64,000 nt of DNA from NCBI RefSeq assembly GCF_009914755.1, contig NC_060945.1. One strand, given 5' to 3'. Origin of the DNA: the human T2T-CHM13v2.0 reference genome, Homo sapiens. Below, in pieces: positions 55,299 to 64,000 of this stretch (positions are counted from its first letter, which is position 1; every line of letters starts with the position of its first letter). A program made the position numbers and the translations under genes. The notes below the pieces were generated by a model. The model saw nothing but the letters and a program-made list of their open reading frames with translations, ran no database searches and had not been told where the DNA came from.

Positions 55299-55640
55299 TT
55301 CAAGCTTCTCCTCCTGAAAATGGTCTCTGTTTTTCTTTGTCTCTGTCTATGTTATTTGTCATAAAGAAGGGAACTATAAGACACAGACTTAAAACCCTTA
55401 GAAGCACGTTGCTCAAGCTGGGCCCAGAGACTGTTGAGTTTTGGATTCACATCACATAGGTGTTGGTTTAGACAAACTGTGCTGTGAGTCCCTGAGAAAC
55501 AATAGTGGATGAAGTTCCCCTTTGTCCTTTTGTATGACTTGAGAGCTTGGCTTTTGTGACCAAGTGAGAACACCCTCTCTTAGTCCCTGCCAGCAAGACG
55601 GGTTATTGTCAGCCTACATCATGTGGCCAGTCTAAGATTT
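55299..55640 (+). mobile_element. ERV1 (MER4-group) internal-like fragment
   Basis: gagagcttggcttttgtgaccaagtgagaaca and gtggccagtct resemble MER4-group internal leader sequence. Family uncertain. Confidence 0.4.
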
Positions 55641-55814
55641 CTGACCCAGAAATCTTCATACAAGGTGTTGGGGAAAGGATTAGAGAGCCAGCCTTGTCTC
55701 CAAGTCCTCTATAGAGCAGGGTCATTTTTACAACCAGTGTTAGTTAATCTATGGTAGAATTTTGATTACAGAAGCAATAAACACAATCACAGAATATTTT
55801 TTCTTGTGTTGTTG
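55641..55814 (+). repeat. 174-bp dispersed direct duplication, copy A
   Basis: Aligns without gaps to 58575-58748 with 8 mismatches (counted by hand). Confidence 0.95.
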
Positions 55815-55849
55815 TTCTAAAAATGTTATACCTAACTCAGAGCAAAATT

Positions 55850-56295
55850 ACCCCCCTGGTTCCCTTTCTGACTTCATTTCCCATCACTGCCACCCCCTGC
55901 TCTCTCCACACCTCCCATGCTGGCCTCATCCTTATGGTTTTTCCACAATAAGGGTAATTAGTTTTAGGTGCTTCCACCTCCTCATCTGTCTGGCTCCAAC
56001 ATTCTCCCCTTAGATCCTGTACCATATGCTCTCTTTTTTCCTTATGGCCACTGTTCAAATGTCACCACAGCAGATAATCTTTCCTTGATTACTCCGCTTA
56101 AAGTACATTCTCACCCCAGCAGCTCTGTTTCCTGCTTTAAAGCACCCATCCAAGATGACATATATATTTAACAATTGCAACCTACAGCTGGAATACAAGT
56201 TCCAAGAGGAAATAATTTTGTTTTGTTCACCAATTTACCTTCAACACCAATTTGTAAATTTGTGGTCCTAGTAAACATTTAAGAGTTCAGTTAGA
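55850..56295 (+). mobile_element. L2 3' fragment
   Basis: ctgttcaaatgtcacc...tttccttgatta and ctggaatacaagttccaagagg...ttttgttcacc. Confidence 0.75.
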
Positions 56296-57118
56296 CTAAT
56301 CCAGCTGTAAAATAGTTTCAGTGGTGATATGTAATTTTTTACTATGCACTTCTATTATCTACAGTGATAGCAAAATGCTATTTTGACAATGCAACATTAA
56401 AATTTTGCAAGCCTGTTCAGAACATATCAATTGCATAAACATGAGAATTAATTTTATTACATTTAATATTTTACATTTAATATTTTATAGTTTTAGTTGC
56501 AACACTGTTTTAGTGTCTTTTTTGCTCTACAATTTATTAATAAATAATTTAAAGTAGGATTTTCATAATATATTTTTAAACACATATTTTGTTTTACTAT
56601 TTAAGAGAAAAGTTAAAAAAAGGACAAAACAAAACAAGCATGGCATATATTTACTATTCGTTTTCTTTCAACTCCCTAACACATTTGCATTGTATTAAAT
56701 GAAATACATGATTTCTATAAAGCCATCTGATATTATTATAGGAGGGAGCTAGATGATAAGAGACAAGTACTTAATGTTTTACAATCTTACAAAATATTCA
56801 TTTAATGACCGTTATGTATAACACTGTCAACCTGGATATTTAGACCATTCACCCCACATACCCTGTTTATCTCTGCTAAGCATCACATCCCCTAAACTGA
56901 GCTAGTTAAGTGCTACATAATAAGTACATCTTTGCAAAAGCTGTTAAAAGGAGCATAAAACCAAAATCAAACCCCAAACTTAGTGGGAGACACAAGTACT
57001 GGAAAAGCAGAAAACATGGGTTTTATTATTTAATACACAGAGACCTATCAGCACTACATCAGAACTTTGAATTTCAAGAGGAGAGAAATCGTCTTCTTTT
57101 GTGTAATTTGTTTCTGCA

Positions 57119-57483
57119 TGTATTAGTTTGTTCTCATGCTCTTAATAAAGACATATCCTGAAACTGAGTAATTTACAAAGGAAAAAGGTTTAATTGACTA
57201 ACAGTTCCACAAAGCTGGGGAGGCCTTACAATTAAGACAGAAAGCGATTGAGGAGCAAAGTCACGTCTTACATGGTGGCAGGCAAGAGAGCTTGTGGAGG
57301 GGAACTCTCCTTTATGAAACCATCAGATTTCGTAAGGCTTATTCACTATCAGGAGAACAGCACAGGAAAGACCCATCACCATGATTCAGTTACCTCCCGT
57401 GTGGTCCCTCCATGACACGTGGGAATTACAGGAGCTACAATTCAAGATGAGATTTGGGTTGGGGACACAGCCAAACCATATCA
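57119..57483 (-). mobile_element. THE1C-like solo LTR
   Basis: tgtattagtttgttctc...ggggacacagccaaaccatatca. Perfect TSD ctgca. Confidence 0.92.
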
Positions 57484-57764
57484 CTGCAGAGAGCCAATTT
57501 CTATTTTTTCCATGTATTCTATTTTTCTCATATGGTTGGGTTTGGAATAGTAATAAAAACAATATATATATCTAGATCATAAAACATGCTCTATGTAAAA
57601 TTATTTACAGACTCATAAGACATGCAAAACTTTTAACTCACATACAAAAGACACAAATATGGTGATTCAGTGACCACTATAAATATATTTATGTAAGCAT
57701 GGTTATGATAGATACGTAGACAAAATAATAAAAGGTAAATTGGAGTATACAAATCATTAACAGA

Positions 57765-58096
<332 letters not shown>

Positions 58097-58174
58097 TTAA
58101 TAAAATGTACTTCTTATTTACAAGGTTTTAGATTCATTGCCCGATAGTTTAGTATTTGTTAATCTGGTAAAATA

Positions 58175-58550
58175 CATAATTGGGTATGGGTGAAGCAGCT
58201 ATAAAAGAGACTCCCCAAACACAATATTTTAATCTAGTTTTATCTCTCACTTAACAATATGGCTGATCTGGTGGGCTTGATGGTGTCAGAAACGAAGTCT
58301 CCATCCATTTTTGAGTTTTGCCATTCCCACATTCCCACATGCTATTGCTTGGTGACATCCAGCCATGAGGTTAAAATTAAAAAAAAAAAAAAAAAAAAAA
58401 AGAAAGAGAGGGAAAACTCATATTCTTTGAAGTAAATTATTCTGCAAATATTCTGCTTATATTTCATTGGCCCAAACTTAGTCGCATCATGCCACCTTGA
58501 GGTCATCTGAAGTACTAGGCTGAGAAGAAAATAATTTGCATGACTTAATA
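58175..58550 (-). mobile_element. MLT1J/K-like fragment containing a poly(A) run
   Basis: ttctgcttatatttcattggcccaaacttagtc motif. Confidence 0.55.
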
Positions 58551-58574
58551 TTTGCTATTGGTTAGCTCCCACAC

Positions 58575-58748
58575 CTGACCCAGAAATCTTCATACAAGGT
58601 GTTGCGGAAAGGATTAGAGAGCCAGCTTTGTCTCCAAGTCCTCTATAGAGCAGGGTCATTTTTACAACTAGTATTAGTTCATCTATGGTAGAACTTTGAT
58701 TACAGAAGCAATAAACACAATCACACAATATTTTTTCTCGTGTTGTTG
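58575..58748 (+). repeat. 174-bp dispersed direct duplication, copy B
   Basis: See copy A. Offset 2934 bp. Confidence 0.95.
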
Positions 58749-58820
58749 CTTTTTCCATCCAGTTCTAGTAAATTTTCAAGCTCAATTTGCACATGCTTTG
58801 TCTTTCAAAATATCCCAGGG

Positions 58821-59243
<423 letters not shown>

Positions 59244-59479
59244 TTAACAAGGATCTGAGTAATATCTAAGTCCTTTTTCCTACCTAATCTTTAATCTACT
59301 AGTGGGGATGTCATTTAGATTTTGGATTGTTTATTGTTTTTTGGTTTTGTTTTTGTAGTATGTTAACACATGTTTGTACCAATATTTCTCTTGGATATAA
59401 TAATTAATAGGTGACTTCAGCAAGGAACTCCAAAATCAGAGTTCATGTTTTCCTTCTGTAATAATCTAAATAGTTTTTT

Positions 59480-59810
59480 TTAAAGGCAAACATCAAAATG
59501 TTGAGGTGTTGAAGACCCAGGTTCCCCCCATGTCTAGCTGTACTATCCCTAGGATGGATTACCTGTTTAGATGAGGATACCTAGCCACTAAGCCAACATT
59601 CCAGCTTTTAATAAAGGAGAAAAAGAGAAGGATGACACATCTTTCTTACTAAGGGCCAGCCTACGGTGACATACATCTCCTCTCCTCAATCGTTGCCTAG
59701 ATGCTAGCAGTATATCCACCCTAACTGTAATAAACATTGGACAGCTGTGAACAGCTATGAAACATGAGAAAAATCATATTGTTATGAAATAAAGGAGTAA
59801 AGGTATTAAA
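59480..59810 (-). mobile_element. MLT1J/K-like fragment
   Basis: gacccaggttcc, acattccagc and ccaccctaactgtaa motifs. Highly diverged. Confidence 0.45.
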
Positions 59811-60829
59811 GGTACAACAAAAAGCTAAGGAATGTACAGAGTTTTAATAAGTCAAAATTTAAATAAGAGACTAGCTTGAATCAAAATGAATTTTAAATCC
59901 AATAGGCTATATTGTTAGTCTTCACCATGGGAACAAGGACACCACTAACAAACTACAGATCACTTTAATTTTCTTGAAAACCATTTGCAAATTAAATTCA
60001 GAGGAAAATGGTTACTTAAATATATAATTGACTTGTATTTTAGGGAATCAGATTTGGCATTTGACTATATATGTGCACAAACATAAAGTATGGCACACAA
60101 CAAAAGAGTATGATAAAAATCGGAACTGAAGCAAATGAACTGCTGTATCTATAATTGAGTTTGCCTAAGAAATCTTCCACTCACTCTTCTTCTATAGCAA
60201 GGCCCTTTTTAATATCCTGCAACAGCTGATTGCCTGATTAATGTCCCATAAAATGCATAACTTGCTATTATGAATGACCTGGATTTTGGCAGGAAAAAGG
60301 ATAGACAATATTATAAGTGAAACACGAGCTATAAATTATCTTTTGCTAGCATTGAATGCAATTTTAGACTTGCAAACATTCATAACCAAAACCTTTCCTT
60401 TTGAGTGTTTCAAAAGGATTTTTTCATAGTTTAAGCATGGATCAGAATGTGCTGTTTATAATGGACTCTGAAAGATTACATTTGCTTGATAAAACAGTGA
60501 CACAATAGAGAGTGTTTCACTTTTCACTTACTGAAACAAGTGTTTGACACATGGTAAACATTCTATACGCATTAGCTATTGTATCTTACAATATCTGTTA
60601 AACAGAATCAGGTTATTTTCTAAAAGGATAGAATTAGATCATACTTTCTACTTGACATGAATTACTTATAAAATAATTTTAATGTCTATCTTGCCACGGT
60701 TGTAAAAGTTTTATTTATTTAAGCAAATTAAGCAAAAAAAGCTTACCTTCTGCTATGTAGCTTTCAGTGTAATTAATATAGTCATTGACTCACAATAGTG
60801 AATTTAGAATTTTCAAAAAAGACATTTCG

Positions 60830-61065
60830 TTTAGTGAGAAGTGATGCGGCTTCTCTGGAACCTGACTACCTCAGTTAGAATTCTGGCTCATCCTCTCACT
60901 AATGGTGTGAACTTGGTCATGTTAATACGTATTTCTGTGTCTTCTTTCCTTGTTGGGAAAATGGGAATATAATTAGTAAATACCTCCTTGTGATAGTGCA
61001 TATAATGTATTTAGAAGAGAGTTTTGTACAGAATAAGAGTTCAATTAAGTGAAGCCAACTATTAT
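60830..61065 (+). mobile_element. MIR
   Basis: ctctggaacctgactacct...gaattctggctc...tgtgaacttgg...aaaatgggaat...tacctc. Confidence 0.75.
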
Positions 61066-61500
61066 CGTTACTTATTGTTGTTTCCGTTACTATTATTTCC
61101 TTAAAGATTTATCAAAACAATAAACAAAAGGAAAACATGAAAACATGCCTCTTTAAGTCTAGTAATAACTTTATGCAATTTATTTTTACTTCCGAGAAAA
61201 TAAAATATTCCCCCTAAATGTACTTCTTATTAGTCAAAGTCTATCTGTTTAAAATCAAAGTCTTGGCAAACTTGATGTGACAGTTGCCTAACTTGTCAAA
61301 ACTATTTACTTTTCTTTTTCCTTTTTTTTTTTTTTTATTGAGCGTATAAATGTGACAGAGGGAGCAGGCATGAGAAAGTAGATCATGTATCATTTCCTAA
61401 AAAGGAGAGTAATCATAAAATAACAACATTCCCTCCAAAAAGGAAAAGGGCTATTGTTGTCATGACAGACCAATGGAGATTATATGAAAAACCATTTCTT

Positions 61501-61855
61501 GGCCAGGTGCGGTGCCTCACGCCTGTAATCCTAGCACTTTGGGAGGCCAAGGCGGGCAGATTGCCTGAGCTCAGAAGTTCGAGACCAGCCTGGGCAACAC
61601 AGTGAAACCCTGTCTCTACCAAAATACAAAAAATTAGCCAGGCGTGGTGGCACATGCCTGTAGTCCCAGCTACTTGAGAGGCTGAGGCAGAGAATCGCTT
61701 GAACCTAGGAGGCAGAGGCTGCAGTGAGCTGAGATCATGTCACTGCACTCCAGCCTGGGTGACAGAGAGAGACTCCGTCTCCAACAAACAAACAAACAAA
61801 CAAACAAAACAAACAAACAAAAAACCAAAGCCAAAACAAACAAACAAACAAAAAA
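61501..61855 (+). mobile_element. AluS with (AAAC)n tail
   Basis: Full dimer. TSD aaaaccatttct/aaaaacatttct. Confidence 0.94.
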
Positions 61856-61996
61856 CATTTCTCCATTCAATATGTAAACATATCACCCTGAATCTCCTTT
61901 CTCACTTGTGAAAACTGACATTCGGGTCTCTGTGATGTTTTCACAAAGTATGTGACAGTGGTAGACACAGTTGTACTGCCAAATTGGCCAAAGAGT

Positions 61997-62290
61997 TTTG
62001 TTTTGTCTTTTGACAAATTCTTGCTCTGTCACCCAGGCTGAAGTGCAGTGTGCAGTCTCAGCTTCCACAACTTCTGCCTCCTGAGTTCAAGCAATTCTCG
62101 TGTCTCAGCCTCCCAAGTAGATGGGATTACAGGTGTATGCCCCCATGCCTGGCTAATTTTCCCGTATTTTTAGTAGAGACAGGGGTTTCACCATGTTGGC
62201 CAGGCTGGTCTCAAACTCCTGGCCAAATGATTCAGCCGCCAGAGCCTCCCAAAGTGTGGGAATTACATGTATGAGCCACTGTGGCTGGCT
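61997..62290 (-). mobile_element. AluS (Sx/Sz-like)
   Basis: Antisense dimer. TSD ccaaagagtttt/ccaaagagagtttt. Confidence 0.9.
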
Positions 62291-63564
62291 CCAAAGAGAG
62301 TTTTTAACAACAGTAGTAAAATATCTGTTGACATTTTTAAGAAGTGAGGCAATATTTTTTTTCTATTATTCCCCTTAAGTATTAAGAGTACATTAAAAAA
62401 TCTTTTTGCTGCATTACTATACTTAGCCAGATAATTATTTAATAATAATAGCCATAGTTTCTTGAAGAAAAAAATTCTATTCTCTTCACTTAGCTGCATC
62501 TTTATATTTTAACAACAAATAACAAGTGTATAAAGCTTACCAACTTCTCTATATGAAATAACGAAAAACATATTTTTCTCCTAGTTAATCTACTTAATAC
62601 ATGATTATATATTGCAATATGGAGAAAATAAAAATCTAATATTTATAACAATCACATCACATAAAGTCAACTTTAATCCATGAGTTGTCAACATCATGAC
62701 CAAAATTATGTTAATATATTATTGTAGAATATTGCAACTCAATAAGAAATTATAAGTGCATTGATTTTCCTTCTTACGAGGGAAAGATTAGGGCACTATC
62801 AATCAACAGTTCTTAGTTTTTGTATTATTTTCACCCTTACAATTTAAGACAACATTTTTCTGAGCTAAATGGAGTCAAAATAATACTAAACTCATTTATA
62901 TAAACCTTTCATATTAGAGTTTCTTGTGGGAAAATACATGTTAACTTTAGCATTCAGGCATAAAAAAATAGAAAATAAAAAAGACACTCAAAATATATAT
63001 TTACTTATCCCATTTAAACAGGTTACTACAAATATTTTCCTTTATTACTGAAAATGTAAAAATGTTAATTTTCACAATTAAATTATATGTCTCCTTATAT
63101 TATTATAGATTTTTTCCTATCACATAAAGTGAACTTCAGTTTATTGTATATTTGTTGATTGATAAAGCCCTCAGGAAATATGCTTTATAAGGCATTCTGT
63201 ATTAAAACTCAAGTCTTCATAAAAACAGAGAGAGATTATATTTCTATGGTCAACTTGACTGTGATCCGTAAATCTACAGAAGAATGTAAGAAGGAAATTA
63301 CTCTTGTGTTCTTTTGAATTTGCTTTAATTTACCACATTTTCTAATTAGAACAATGTAGCTCAATATTTTGTTTATTGTCATATCTGCCAGAAATCTCAG
63401 ACCAAAATAATGCTCAAATTGAACAAATCATCATTTTTAAAATATTGCTCTTTTTGGTTTTTGTTATTTTTGTTGTTGTCTTGCTTCTATTTTATAGGGG
63501 TATTTCTGTTTCAAATGTGTGTGCCATCAGAAGCCCATTTTGGAAGAATGAATGTATTCAGAGT

Positions 63565-63680
63565 AATATATACACATGTATAAATACATTCAGGCACACA
63601 TATATACGTATGCATACATATTTGTGTATGTATGTATACATATATATTAAGAGATTAGATAGATGATTAGATACATATAT
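63565..63680. repeat. TA/CA/GATA low-complexity repeat
   Basis: Directly visible. Confidence 0.8.
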
Positions 63681-63708
63681 TAATATTGATGTTACAGATT
63701 AGACATAA

Positions 63709-64000
<292 letters not shown>

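Overview
Primate (human-like) genomic DNA that is AT-rich, CpG-poor and dominated by interspersed repeats: Alu J/S/Y, old L1M, L2, MIR, MaLR THE1/MST/MLT1, MLT2, ERV1 LTRs, Tigger and MER63. I see no intact protein-coding gene, RNA gene or CpG island. The only gene-derived sequence is a 5'-truncated processed pseudogene of EEF1A1 (47285-48321), inserted into an old L1. Almost every ORF in the track is a chance frame inside a repeat. I found no evidence of a new multi-gene system. The notable signals are small structural ones: a 174-bp non-tandem duplication carrying a poly(A)-site-like cassette; a templated insertion inside a THE1 3' LTR; a two-period palindromic AT minisatellite at an Alu tail; an LTR10C solo LTR inside an Alu; a deeply nested transposon cluster; closely spaced inverted repeats; and a 196-codon frame still open in the EEF1A1 retrocopy. 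Subfamily names come from my recall of consensus sequences and need confirming with RepeatMasker/Dfam.
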